From Patescibacteria group bacterium (GTDB lineage Bacteria > Patescibacteriota > Patescibacteriia > Magasanikbacterales > GWA2-37-8): a stretch of DNA of 64,000 bases. A program made the translations under genes and the position numbers. The notes beneath the pieces are model-generated. The model was not told the origin of the DNA. It was given only the letters and a program-made list of their open reading frames with translations, and searched no databases. Positions within the stretch are counted from its first letter, which is position 1; each line of letters opens with the position of its first letter. The stretch covers positions 576,907-640,906 of the forward strand of contig JBAZUP010000001.1 in NCBI GenBank assembly GCA_041661385.1, written 5' to 3'. Below are positions 28,168 to 38,052 of this stretch, piece after piece.

Positions 28168-28734
28168 TTTATTGTCGCCCTATTTAATCACCTTATCAAC
28201 AAAAAATCAACCATTCCACTCTCGCTATCGCCCGCCTGCAACGCTTTGCGTAGCAATGCGGGCAGGCTCAATCAATTTATTCATTTCTTTTTATTCAATA
28301 TTCCCTAACCCTACGCGGGCGGCGGTTACTTTCATAATTGAAAGTAACCAAAGCTTTTGGGGAAACCGTCGATATAACCACTCGCTTGCGAAAGCTCGGG
28401 ATATCGACGTCCCCAACCCCCTTATTGGACGAACGTTGGCCAATTGCCAATTCGCGACCGAGCATTTGTGGAACGAGAGCGAAATGGCCGACGAAATTAG
28501 ATTTTTTCAATGCGAGTATGAACCTTTGAAAAAATCGTTTTATTTCGCCGTGACATTTGCCGAGTGGAACAACTGCGAGGCAATTTTGGGGGCACCCCTT
28601 TTGTTGCCAAAAGGGGTGTGAAAGAATTTTGTTTGAGCGACAGTGAGAAAGAGTCTGTATGATTGACAAATCGCTTAATTCCTGCTAGGTTGCAAGTAGC
28701 ACCTTCATAATTCAAACCCCACAAAGGAGTCGTT

Positions 28735-29064
28735 ATGTCTACTGCTGACAAACTGCTGAACGCGACCGATAATGAAGCAAGCGGCAAGCTGATAATTCCT
28801 AAGGCAGAGTTCCTGTGGCGATACGTTTCGGGATCAAAAGATCTTGAAAAAATCGGCTGGCATTACGAATATAGTGTTGCAATAAAAGATGGGCTGAAAA
28901 TCGGCCTGGGACCTAGGATTGTCAGAAACGCTTACCTGATATTCAGCATCTATTACGACAGAAAGGAGGTCTTTTACGGATCCTACGACCGGATAAATAC
29001 CTACCTACCCGGAGACTGGGAAAAGATTCTAGACAGACTATACCAAGAAGCTATTAACAACTAA
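28735..29064 (+). CDS. Hypothetical protein
   Basis: SD AAAGGAG, TTGACA at 28663, 109-aa frame. Confidence 0.6.
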   Translation: MSTADKLLNATDNEASGKLIIPKAEFLWRYVSGSKDLEKIGWHYEYSVAIKDGLKIGLGPRIVRNAYLIFSIYYDRKEVFYGSYDRINTYLPGDWEKILDRLYQEAINN

Positions 29065-29215
29065 TAGGGTGCACACGCCTTAACCTAATTCTGCCACGAC
29101 AATTGAGGCGACGGCAAAAGTTAATGAACGTGCCAAGTGGGGTCTGTAGGTGAGACTCGGCATATTGCCGCGAAGTGTTGAGTCTGCGGAGTTAGTATTA
29201 ATTCGCGGCCTCAAC

Positions 29216-29244
29216 AAAAAAGCACTCTAGACGAGTGCTTTTTT
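29216..29244. terminator. Bidirectional terminator
   Basis: aaaaaagcactc-tagac-gagtgctttttt. Confidence 0.75.
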
Positions 29245-29259
29245 GTTTTAAATTTTTAT

Positions 29260-31464
29260 TTATGGTCTGTGTCCACCGCGAAAGCCGCCGCCTGGGCCGC
29301 CGCGCCTTGGGGCGGGTCGGTCAAAGGCAGGCTGATCGACATAGCCGGCTGGCTTGTCGAGGAGCTGTCTAATGCTTAGATTAATGCGGCCAAGATTATC
29401 AATTTCTCTTACGAGAACTTTTACCTTGTCGCCAATTTTGAGCACGTCACTCGGGCGATTGGTTCTGGTCCAAGCAATTTCGGAAACATGTACCAGGCCG
29501 TCTTGTCCGGGAAGAATATTAATGAAAGCGCCGAAATCTTCAAGGCGAGCAACGGTACCGTCATAAATTTCTCCAGCCGTAACTTCATGAGTCAATTGTT
29601 TTACCCAAGCAACGGCTTTTTCCATACCTTCAGCATTAACCGAAGTAATAATTACTCGGCCGTCATCTTCGATATCCATTTGCACTCCGGTTTCAGCAAT
29701 AATCTTGTTAATCATCTTGCCGCCAGGACCAATGACATCGCGGATCTTATCTGGATTAATATTAACTGTAATAATGCGCGGAGCATATTGAGACATTTCC
29801 TTGCGCGGCTCAGCGATAACAGCATGCATAGCAGCCAATATCTTGAGACGAGCTTCTTTCGATTGAGCGAAAGTTTGATCAACAATATCCCAAGTTAAAC
29901 CGTGAGTTTTGGTATCCATTTGCATAGCAGTAATACCATCACGGGTACCGGTAATTTTGAAGTCCATGCCGCCTGGACCGTCTTCAATATCTTGTAAATC
30001 AGTAATAACTTTCCATTTGCTGCCGCTAGTTGCAAGACCCATCGCAACACCGGCGACCGCCTTTTTTAAAGGAACACCGGCATCCATAAGAGCGAGTGTG
30101 GAACCGCAAGTGGAAGCCATTGAGGAAGAACCATTTGAACCAAAAACCTCAGATACAACGCGAACCGCATATGGGAAAGATAAGGCATCAGGAAGAACCG
30201 GCTCGATAGCGCGTTCCGCAAGAGCACCGTGACCGATGGATCGATTGCCCGGACCGCGCAGTGGCCCCGTTTCGCCATAGGTGGCTGGGGTATCACTATA
30301 GTGGTGCATGTAGCGCTTGGTACCTTCTTCTTCCATGGTATCAAGAGTTTGCACATCGCCCGGAGAACCCAAAGTAACAACCGACAAAACCTGAGTGTCG
30401 CCACGCATAAAGAGTCCTGAACCATGAGTGCGAGGGAGTAAACTGGTTTCAATGTGTAAAGGACGAATTTCAGTGATTGATCGGCCATCTAGGCGCTTAT
30501 CACTATCAATGATTGCCTCGGAAATGTGTTCCTCGACATAAATTTTTACTCGGCCAAGCACAACCGATTTTATTGAATCTTCAACTTCTTTCGCTTCAAG
30601 CATTTCTTTTATTGCAACTTCAAATCTTTCAACGACTGCAATTCGCTCGGCGCGGCCTTTTTTAACCGTATCAAAAATCCAATCTTTAACATGGCTCGCT
30701 ACCAACTCTTTAGCAATTTTTTCAACTTCTCTAAGTTTGGTTTCGTGCTCAGTAAGATTAGCGTGAAGATCAACTTTCTTTTGTCCAACTTCACTCTGGA
30801 TTTTTTTAATGAATTCAATAACTTCCGCTAAATTTTCGGCACCAAATTTCATTGCTTTCAAAATTTCCGCTTCTGGAACATCTTTACAAGCCGCTTCTAC
30901 CATAATTAATTTTTCTGGAGTACCGGCAACTACGATATCAGCGTCACCTGCTCCACGTTCGGCGAAAGAAGGATTAATTTTCCATTCACCATTTACTCTG
31001 CCGACGCGCACTCCGCCAATTGGGCCGTTCCAAGGAATGGACGACATTGAGAGTACGATTGAAGCGGCAATGAGAGCAGGAATCTGTGGATCATTTTCAC
31101 CATCATATGAAAGAGCGGTTAAAATAACCTGCACTTCATTACGCATTGTTTCATCAAACAATGGGCGGATTGAACGGTCTACTAACCGACCCGACAAAAT
31201 CGCGTCTTCAGTTGGCCGACCTTCACGCTTAATAAATCGGCTGCCTTTGATTTTACCAGCAGCGTAGAGTTTTTCTTCAAAGTTCACCATGAGCGGAAAA
31301 AAATCTATCCCGTCGCGGGTTTTTTTACTTCGAACCACCGAAGCTAAAAGCACTGTGTCGCCATAGCGCACCGTGCATGAAGCGTTGGTTTGCAACGCAA
31401 ATTTCCCAGTCTCTACTGACAGGGTTCTTCCGGCCCATTGCATGGACCAATTCTTAACATCCAT
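29260..31464 (-). CDS. pnp: Polyribonucleotide nucleotidyltransferase
   Basis: DFFPL, REGRP, SNGSSSMAS, MDFK, KH (IGPGGK) and S1 domains. Confidence 0.97.
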   Translation of the reverse strand: MDVKNWSMQWAGRTLSVETGKFALQTNASCTVRYGDTVLLASVVRSKKTRDGIDFFPLMVNFEEKLYAAGKIKGSRFIKREGRPTEDAILSGRLVDRSIRPLFDETMRNEVQVILTALSYDGENDPQIPALIAASIVLSMSSIPWNGPIGGVRVGRVNGEWKINPSFAERGAGDADIVVAGTPEKLIMVEAACKDVPEAEILKAMKFGAENLAEVIEFIKKIQSEVGQKKVDLHANLTEHETKLREVEKIAKELVASHVKDWIFDTVKKGRAERIAVVERFEVAIKEMLEAKEVEDSIKSVVLGRVKIYVEEHISEAIIDSDKRLDGRSITEIRPLHIETSLLPRTHGSGLFMRGDTQVLSVVTLGSPGDVQTLDTMEEEGTKRYMHHYSDTPATYGETGPLRGPGNRSIGHGALAERAIEPVLPDALSFPYAVRVVSEVFGSNGSSSMASTCGSTLALMDAGVPLKKAVAGVAMGLATSGSKWKVITDLQDIEDGPGGMDFKITGTRDGITAMQMDTKTHGLTWDIVDQTFAQSKEARLKILAAMHAVIAEPRKEMSQYAPRIITVNINPDKIRDVIGPGGKMINKIIAETGVQMDIEDDGRVIITSVNAEGMEKAVAWVKQLTHEVTAGEIYDGTVARLEDFGAFINILPGQDGLVHVSEIAWTRTNRPSDVLKIGDKVKVLVREIDNLGRINLSIRQLLDKPAGYVDQPAFDRPAPRRGGPGGGFRGGHRP

Positions 31465-31564
31465 AGATGTTCCTTTCGCGAAGATGATGTGGGAGCTTCA
31501 GACCTCAAAAAAAGGTCTTTGTGTCCCCGCACCAACTTCATTAATATATTAAAAACCTAAAACA

Positions 31565-32134
31565 CTAAACGCGTGGCTTAATATTCTTGGGTTTTAATAC
31601 ATACCTCCGGTCTTGAATAAGAAACTTTCCTTTGTCCGATGAAAGATCCATAAAATCATCGGCCGCTTCAATAAGTTTGGCTGAGGCGGTGTTGCCAAAT
31701 GCGGCAACTTCTACCTGCTTACCTTGATTTTGTAAATATTCTACCAACGGCACATAATCGCCATCACCGCTCACGATAACAATCGCATCAAGACTTGGTG
31801 AAAGACGGATCGCATCGACAGTAATACCGACATCCCAATCGCCCTTTTTTTCACCGCCATAAAATATCTGCAATTGCTTTTCTTTGGTTTCAATACCGAG
31901 ATTATACAGAGCGTCAAAAAATGGCTGTTCTTCTTTGCCTTCAGTACTAATCACATAGGCAATGGCCCGGATTAATTTCCGGCCCGCCGTGACTTCTTCG
32001 ACAATATTGCCAAAATTTACCTTCTGGCCAAAAAGATTTTTGGCACTGTAATACATGTTCTGAACATCAATAAACACCCCGACCCGTTGATCGGAGTGTT
32101 TTAAAGGATGATTTTTATTAGGCTGCTGCTTCAT
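31565..32134 (-). CDS. NYN (LabA/DUF88) domain protein
   Basis: [24 protein letters not shown]. Confidence 0.9.
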   Translation of the reverse strand: MKQQPNKNHPLKHSDQRVGVFIDVQNMYYSAKNLFGQKVNFGNIVEEVTAGRKLIRAIAYVISTEGKEEQPFFDALYNLGIETKEKQLQIFYGGEKKGDWDVGITVDAIRLSPSLDAIVIVSGDGDYVPLVEYLQNQGKQVEVAAFGNTASAKLIEAADDFMDLSSDKGKFLIQDRRYVLKPKNIKPRV

Positions 32135-32486
32135 TTTCTTTGGCGAGGATAGCGGCCTCGTCTTCCATTATTTCGTCTTCTACCACACCGGCGTTTACAC
32201 CAGGTTTGGTGATAACACGGCTGGCTTTAATTTTGAGTTTTTTTACTAACGCATCGTAAGAGGTTGGATCTTCACGTTTAATAAAACGCATAAGACTGCG
32301 GCGGGAACTAACCTTGCGTAAGAGACCGCGGCGGGATGAGTGATCCTTTGGGTGCTCTTTAAGGTGGCCGCTGAGCTCTTCAATTTCGGCGGTGAGGATA
32401 GCGATTTGGACTTCAGACGAACCGGTATCTCCGGCGTGAGTCTGAAATTTTTTGATTATCGCCTGTTTTTTCTTTGTTTCCATCAT
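32118..32486 (-). CDS. rpsO: 30S ribosomal protein S15 with C-terminal extension
   Basis: [25 protein letters not shown]. Confidence 0.95.
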   Translation of the reverse strand: MMETKKKQAIIKKFQTHAGDTGSSEVQIAILTAEIEELSGHLKEHPKDHSSRRGLLRKVSSRRSLMRFIKREDPTSYDALVKKLKIKASRVITKPGVNAGVVEDEIMEDEAAILAKENEAAA

Positions 32487-32588
32487 ACATGCATAGATGT
32501 TACCAAGCTAAGCAAGGGCATGTCCTTGGTAGTTTGGTCTCTATTTGCCCCCCGCTGAAAAGCGGAGATAGAGAAATATTATTGGTTG

Positions 32589-32617
32589 AGTATAGCAAAA
32601 GACTCTATTTTTGTCAA
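32589..32617 (-). promoter_or_regulatory. sigma70 promoter for rpsO-NYN-pnp
   Basis: TTGACA-17 nt-TATACT. Confidence 0.7.
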
Positions 32618-32657
32618 TCTCCCAAGAGTCCCTTAGCCGAAGATACCTTGTGGCAAT

Positions 32658-33014
32658 TTATTTAGACAACTGACTGAATACATAATTAGTAATTGCGTAG
32701 GCGCCGATGGTAATAATAAGACCCCAGATTGCGGAACTCAATGTCTCTTTGGCTTTGGATACAAGTTCCTCATTTCCGCGAGCGGTCATCCAGCGGATGC
32801 CGGCCATTGTTATTAACCCAAAAAAAACAAACCCAATCAAGCCAAGTACTGCGCTTATTGAAGCCTCAACTATTGAATAGACACTACTACCCGCGCCGGT
32901 GTCATACTGCGCTTTATTTGCTGCCGGATTTAAACCGTAGCTAACTGCCAAAACCGGCTTAACGGAAATTAATAAAAATGATAGTACTCCCAATAATAAA
33001 ATTTTTCTTTTCAT
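32658..33014 (-). CDS. TrbC/VirB2-like pilin
   Basis: Signal peptide, two TM helices around WMTARGNEE..AK. Confidence 0.78.
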   Translation of the reverse strand: MKRKILLLGVLSFLLISVKPVLAVSYGLNPAANKAQYDTGAGSSVYSIVEASISAVLGLIGFVFFGLITMAGIRWMTARGNEELVSKAKETLSSAIWGLIITIGAYAITNYVFSQLSK

Positions 33015-33064
33015 ACCTTGCTTTTTCGGTAAAAATTAAGTAACATAGGTGTGTTTTTCAAAAT

Positions 33065-33136
33065 GACCTTGTAGTTCAATGGATAGAACAGCAGCCTTCT
33101 AAGCTGCGGATCTAGGTTCGATTCCTAGCAGGGTCA
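33065..33136 (+). tRNA. tRNA-Arg(TCT)
   Basis: GACCTTG/CAGGGTC acceptor, GCAGC-CT-TCT-AA-GCTGC. Confidence 0.93.
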
Positions 33137-33253
33137 CAATAAAATGCGTCTTTAAGACGCTTTTATTATAGCAAAGATTGTATTTGTTGTCATTCAGTGA
33201 ATCGCAGTAAAAAAATACCCTGATATAAATCAGGGTATTTTAAATTTTCAATA

Positions 33254-33634
33254 TTACTGCGCGGAAGCTGGTGTGCCAATATTAACCGGTGCCACCTCAA
33301 TAATCTTATTGGAAGTCGGATTATACATATAAGCTTTTCTCGCACTTGTATAAATAAGCACCTTATCTCCGACACTCGCGTTATTAAAAAATGGTTGCTC
33401 TTTTTTTAATTTTTCCGGATCAGTAACGGTGGCTACGGTTGGAGTTTCACCGGACGGCAAAACAATAAGCTTCGAAACCTTATCGATAAGTTGTTGAGTC
33501 GATTCTTGAGCCGCCCTTTGAGGATCCTGCTTTAAAGTTGCCGTCTGACGATAAAAATAGACTGTCGTTGCACCTAAAATCAGCACTAAAACAACAAGGG
33601 TCAGAAGAAAGATTTTATTTTTGCCCTGCTCCAT
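33254..33634 (-). CDS. Membrane-anchored hypothetical protein
   Basis: N-terminal TM; LPSGETPTVATV..QPFF..GDKVLIY. Confidence 0.7.
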   Translation of the reverse strand: MEQGKNKIFLLTLVVLVLILGATTVYFYRQTATLKQDPQRAAQESTQQLIDKVSKLIVLPSGETPTVATVTDPEKLKKEQPFFNNASVGDKVLIYTSARKAYMYNPTSNKIIEVAPVNIGTPASAQ

Positions 33635-33794
33635 ATTTTTCTATTTAATAAATGAGAGGTAGAGCCATTATATCACACTTTTTTAATGCTTCAAACTCCG
33701 GAAAAATGATTTTGTTGAAGTATGATATGCAATTTTAATTTGCAGAAATCCGTTTTAAAGCTAAAAACTCGCTTACAAAAATAAAAATCAGAAC

Positions 33795-33870
33795 TGGGGT
33801 GGCCTACGGGAATCGAACCCGTACTGCGAGATCCACAATCTCGCGTGCTAACCGCTACACCAAGACCACC
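33795..33870 (-). tRNA. tRNA-His(GTG)
   Basis: CGAGA-TT-GTG-GA-TCTCG; G-1 and CCA encoded. Confidence 0.92.
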
Positions 33871-33916
33871 CCACTTCTGACTTTTTAGTTACGCCATTAT
33901 AAACTACTTTTTACAA

Positions 33917-35047
33917 TTAATCAAGCCTTTGCTCCGAAATTGACCGATAAAGGTAATTTACTATCTCTTCATTACCGGACCGGAATTTTATCTTTTCATT
34001 TGCCATCAATATTTTTTTGCCATCTTCACCATCAATTACATCTTTTACCTTTTTTATAATTAATTCTGAATCCGTAAAATACCAACCCAGACCATTTTTT
34101 ACCACAAATTCCATTGTACCTTTTTCTTGCCCAAAAATAAAATGCGTAATAAGCAAAGGTTTCTGTAATAATAACGACTCATAAATAACCCCCGCGCCGG
34201 CCTTTGTAATAACCAAATCTGCTGCTCCCATCAACTCTGAAAGATTATCTACCCATCCCATTATCTTTGCTTCACTGTTATATTTTTGTTTTATACTGTG
34301 AAAGTTCTTCGCTTGACGCTTGTTAGTTCCACATACCGCAACCACTTCAGCGTTAATTTTATTTTTCAAAATCAGTTCGAATATTTTTTCTCCTTTTGGC
34401 AAACCATTTGCCCCACCAATCATCAAAATTATTTTTTTTCTTTCATTAATTTGATATTTATTTTTTACTTTCGCAACTTCCTCTGCCAATAAAATTTTTG
34501 TCGGGTGATTTACAATTTGATGAAATACAACTACCTTCTCCGGACTTACACCATTTGCCAATGCGATTTGTTTGGCAGCATCTGAATAAACAATATAGTG
34601 AAGGTTTTTATTATAAAACCAGATCGGCGAAACACTAAACGGATCAGTCACGATAATATATATCGGAATATCCATTTTTAAATCTTTTAAGGCGGAGCTA
34701 ATCGGTGAAACTAAAAAGTGCGTAGAAACAACCCCGCTCGGTTTATCAACCACCAGCCTGGCTTTAATTAAGGATTTTAAAAATAAATTAGTTAAAAAAT
34801 TTTCTAATTTTACTACTAACCTGCTGTTGTTTATAGTATAAATTACAGCATAAATCCAGGTTAAATTTTGTACCAGGAGAACATAACCGTTTTCAATAAT
34901 TAACCGAAAAAAAACTGAGGCCTGGTCGGCCATGTCAATTAATTTAGTCTCAGTTCCCGGATAAAGCCTTTTTAAATCCGATGCTAAGGCCTCCGCTGGA
35001 GCCTTATGTCCCCCTCCGGATTTGGCATAATATAGCCAAATTTTCAT
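33917..35047 (-). CDS. GT28 glycosyltransferase (MGDG synthase/UgtP-like)
   Basis: SGGGHK..A, VSTHF, IVTD..W, ADLVITKAG, GQE. Confidence 0.8.
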   Translation of the reverse strand: MKIWLYYAKSGGGHKAPAEALASDLKRLYPGTETKLIDMADQASVFFRLIIENGYVLLVQNLTWIYAVIYTINNSRLVVKLENFLTNLFLKSLIKARLVVDKPSGVVSTHFLVSPISSALKDLKMDIPIYIIVTDPFSVSPIWFYNKNLHYIVYSDAAKQIALANGVSPEKVVVFHQIVNHPTKILLAEEVAKVKNKYQINERKKIILMIGGANGLPKGEKIFELILKNKINAEVVAVCGTNKRQAKNFHSIKQKYNSEAKIMGWVDNLSELMGAADLVITKAGAGVIYESLLLQKPLLITHFIFGQEKGTMEFVVKNGLGWYFTDSELIIKKVKDVIDGEDGKKILMANEKIKFRSGNEEIVNYLYRSISEQRLD

Positions 35048-35048
35048 A

Positions 35049-35504
35049 CTATTTATTAAGTGCCCTGTTCACAACATCATCAAGTGTTTGTCCGCCGCTG
35101 CCGGCATTGGTACCTAAATTTCTGCCGAGCGCCAAATTGGTTATCAAAATAGTTATTCCGTAAGCACTAATAATAATTAACAGACCAATAGTAGAATTTG
35201 CAATAGTTTTTTTTGATGAAGCAATTTGCTCGTCATTTCCCTGCGCCGTCATCCATTTGAAACCCGCAAACGCAATTAGCACAAATAAAACGGTACCGAC
35301 CAGAGATAAAAGCAATCTAATCATTTGTGAGGCGATTAGTCTTGGGTCTTTTGGTTCACTAAATCCAGCTCCAGTAGTTCCACCGGCGTGTCCAAGCTGA
35401 TTAAAAGATTCTGTGAGCCATCCTTGAGCGCTGGCTTTTGGTACCAATAGGAACAATGCTAACCATAGAACGGTTGTTATTAGAATTGTTTTCTTAAAAT
35501 TCAT
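35049..35504 (-). CDS. TrbC/VirB2-like pilin
   Basis: WMTAQGNDEQI motif between two TM helices. Confidence 0.78.
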   Translation of the reverse strand: MNFKKTILITTVLWLALFLLVPKASAQGWLTESFNQLGHAGGTTGAGFSEPKDPRLIASQMIRLLLSLVGTVLFVLIAFAGFKWMTAQGNDEQIASSKKTIANSTIGLLIIISAYGITILITNLALGRNLGTNAGSGGQTLDDVVNRALNK

Positions 35505-35510
35505 ATGATT

Positions 35511-35903
35511 TTAAAATGATGTCGCTTGAGCAGTGTAAATCATGACAAAAGCAGTGATGCTATAAGCTGCGACGACTACAACCATACCAATTGTAGCGGT
35601 AGTAATAATATTTTTGGCTTTAGCTACTTGTTCTTCATTGCCCTGCGCAGTCATCCAAAGAAAACCAGAATAAACCATTAGAGCAAAGAAGATTGTACCA
35701 ACAAATGTTAAAACTATTTTAATTATCCGTCCGATTGTTTCAGAAAGGGTATATTGAGTTGTGTTTATACTAAAACCAGCATATCTCGCAATATTTTGCG
35801 CCGTTCCATTGTATCCTACCCCGATGTCTGGCGCGGCGAAAACCGGCACAATAAAAAATAATGAAATCATTAATGACAGAAAAAGGAAAAATTTATTTTT
35901 CAT
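35511..35903 (-). CDS. TrbC/VirB2-like pilin
   Basis: WMTAQGNEEQVAKAK. Confidence 0.78.
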   Translation of the reverse strand: MKNKFFLFLSLMISLFFIVPVFAAPDIGVGYNGTAQNIARYAGFSINTTQYTLSETIGRIIKIVLTFVGTIFFALMVYSGFLWMTAQGNEEQVAKAKNIITTATIGMVVVVAAYSITAFVMIYTAQATSF

Positions 35904-35915
35904 ATTACATTAATT

Positions 35916-36416
35916 CTATGGAGCTGTCATACAACAAATCAAACTACTTGGGCAATCTGTTCCGGGCGCTTCAATTTCGAAATTCAGAGTACAGGAAGAT
36001 TTACATGTTCCACCATATTGACCTGTACAAGAAACGGATGTGTCACCGGTTGAACTGCTAATTCTTCCAGTTACAAAAGCGGTTATTGCATAGGCCGCCA
36101 TAACAACAACTAAACCAATTACGGCCTGTTGTATCATGCTTTTTGCATGGGATACTTTTTCTTCATTACCCTGCGCAGTCATCCAGGTAATTCCCGCCCA
36201 GACCGTTAACACCAAAAAAATTGTTCCAACTAACGATAACAGTCCGCTTATTACTGTTCCGACCGACATACTAAGATCGCCAGACAGTCCAACTTTACTT
36301 CCTTCGCCAACGGCAGATTTTAAATTATTTAATCCGTTTGTTAAAGGCGCGGCCTCAACAAAATTTTGAACTAGAAACAAACTACCGAGAGCCGCAATTA
36401 TTAAAACTTTTTTCAT
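35916..36416 (-). CDS. TrbC/VirB2-like pilin with Cys-rich C-tail
   Basis: Start at MKKVLII; WMTAQGNEEKV; C-terminal six-Cys segment ending CPSSLICC. Confidence 0.78.
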   Translation of the reverse strand: MKKVLIIAALGSLFLVQNFVEAAPLTNGLNNLKSAVGEGSKVGLSGDLSMSVGTVISGLLSLVGTIFLVLTVWAGITWMTAQGNEEKVSHAKSMIQQAVIGLVVVMAAYAITAFVTGRISSSTGDTSVSCTGQYGGTCKSSCTLNFEIEAPGTDCPSSLICCMTAP

Positions 36417-36423
36417 ATAAAAA

Positions 36424-36975
36424 TTATTGACAAACACAAGTTGCAGAACCGTCTGCATCAACACAACTACCCGCTGTGTTGGACGCTGTAGTACAACTGC
36501 TATTAGTAACTCTGTTCGCACAAACCGCCTCACTACCGGAATTACAAACTGCCTGACTTGAGTTTCCCGTTTGTAAATTTGAAAAAATGAAATTTGTAAT
36601 TGCGTACGCAGCAAGAATCACAATAATTCCAATTGCTGCTGACTCGATGGTTTCTTTTGACTTGTCAATTTTTTCACTATTACCTCGCGCCGTCATCCAA
36701 TTAAAACCCGCATACAAAATCAAAAGGAAAAATACGATTCCAATTATCGACAAGACAATTTGAACAACCGAGCCAACCAACTCTGGTATAGCGTTTGGTC
36801 CGGCCTCAACTTCAGCAACCTTGGATGGCAAATAACAATCTTTTTTCCCCGAATCATTACAAGTCGCTTCTTGAGTCGCTTTCGTGCCATAATCAACGGC
36901 ATAACTATCTAAAGCCAATGAAAACCCGCCAAGCAAGACCAGAGCTAATAAGATTTTTCCAAAATTCTTTTTCAT
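36424..36975 (-). CDS. TrbC/VirB2-like pilin with Cys-rich C-tail
   Basis: Start at MKKNFGK; WMTARGNSEKI; six C-terminal Cys. Confidence 0.78.
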   Translation of the reverse strand: MKKNFGKILLALVLLGGFSLALDSYAVDYGTKATQEATCNDSGKKDCYLPSKVAEVEAGPNAIPELVGSVVQIVLSIIGIVFFLLILYAGFNWMTARGNSEKIDKSKETIESAAIGIIVILAAYAITNFIFSNLQTGNSSQAVCNSGSEAVCANRVTNSSCTTASNTAGSCVDADGSATCVCQ

Positions 36976-37033
36976 ATATATTTTATCGAAATCGCGTCGT
37001 GAATCATTGATTGCTGCATTTTCAAACCCGCTT

Positions 37034-37435
37034 CTAATATGTTGCATTAACCAAATTCGTAATCACAAAATATGTAATCGAATATGAAACTAAAATTACC
37101 GCGAGTCCGATTACCCCGGTATATATTCGTCTTTTCGCTTGACTTACTTTTTCGTCGTTACCGGCCGAAGTCATCCATTCATATCCACCATACAACATTA
37201 TAACCAAAAAAATAATACCCACCATGCTGAGTGCAAGGCGGATCGTTTTGGCGGTAGTTATGCGAACATCCGTATCGGCAAAACCTGCAGTGCGCGGATA
37301 ACCAACACCAAGCGGATCAGCGCTGCCGGTCAGTAAAGATTGAGCAGAAACCGGCTGAAGATATACAGCTGCTCCGAATACAACCAAAAAAAGACCGATA
37401 ATTAGTCCCGTTATATTTTTATTTCGTAAATTCAT
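37034..37435 (-). CDS. TrbC/VirB2-like pilin
   Basis: WMTSAGNDEKVSQAK. Confidence 0.78.
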   Translation of the reverse strand: MNLRNKNITGLIIGLFLVVFGAAVYLQPVSAQSLLTGSADPLGVGYPRTAGFADTDVRITTAKTIRLALSMVGIIFLVIMLYGGYEWMTSAGNDEKVSQAKRRIYTGVIGLAVILVSYSITYFVITNLVNATY

Positions 37436-37477
37436 AGCAGTTGTGTTTTCTATCTGCTAAAAGACACAATCCACTAC

Positions 37478-37504
37478 CCAATCCGCGCAATTGCGCGGAT
37501 TGGG
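37478..37504 (-). terminator. GC-rich hairpin after pilin gene
   Basis: cccaatccgcgcaattgcgcggattggg perfect palindrome. Confidence 0.6.
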
Positions 37505-37514
37505 AGTTGATCTA

Positions 37515-37895
37515 CTAAGCTGTAGCTGTAACCAATTGATTGACGACAAAGTTTGCAAGACCGTAAGCTGATAGAATTATAGCGAGACCGATAACGGCCG
37601 CGATCATAATTTTCTTAGCTGTACCGACTTGTTCGTCGTTACCACCTGCAGTCATCCAAAGGAAGCCTGCGTAAAGCATCAATACTACTGTTACGATACC
37701 AAGGAACGCCATGGCGGCGCGAATGATTCTGGCGACAGTCGTACGGATGTCGGTTGTTGATAATCCGAGAGCCGGAGTAAGTTCACTGGTATTCAATAGC
37801 TCTGTTGGTGTGAGAGATTGAGCTAAAGCTGGGGTGAAAGTGAACAAGTTCAAACCGACCGCGAATATTGTTGCTAGTTTCTGAAAAGTTTTCAC
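37515..37895 (-). CDS. TrbC/VirB2-like pilin (probable major)
   Basis: GTG start with SD AAGGGAGGTGA; WMTAGGNDEQV. Confidence 0.8.
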   Translation of the reverse strand: MKTFQKLATIFAVGLNLFTFTPALAQSLTPTELLNTSELTPALGLSTTDIRTTVARIIRAAMAFLGIVTVVLMLYAGFLWMTAGGNDEQVGTAKKIMIAAVIGLAIILSAYGLANFVVNQLVTATA

Positions 37896-38052
37896 AATTT
37901 CACCTCCCTTCCAAAATAGTTTTCTGACATATTTTATATTTTGACTCCTTCTCTGTCCATCACAAGCAGTTATACTTTTTAGTGAACTAAAACGTATAAT
38001 CCGCTTCCCAACCATGGTTTTATCAAAGGTTGGGAGCAGTTTAATTTTATTT

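Noticed and set aside
28088-28787. ORFs of 63-177 aa next to tRNA-Leu(TAG)
   Set aside because: The longest overlaps the tRNA antisense. None has recognisable motifs or clear start signals, though a degraded gene cannot be excluded.
33795-33870. Only tRNA-His encodes CCA
   Set aside because: Mixed CCA encoding is common and simply implies a CCA-adding enzyme elsewhere.
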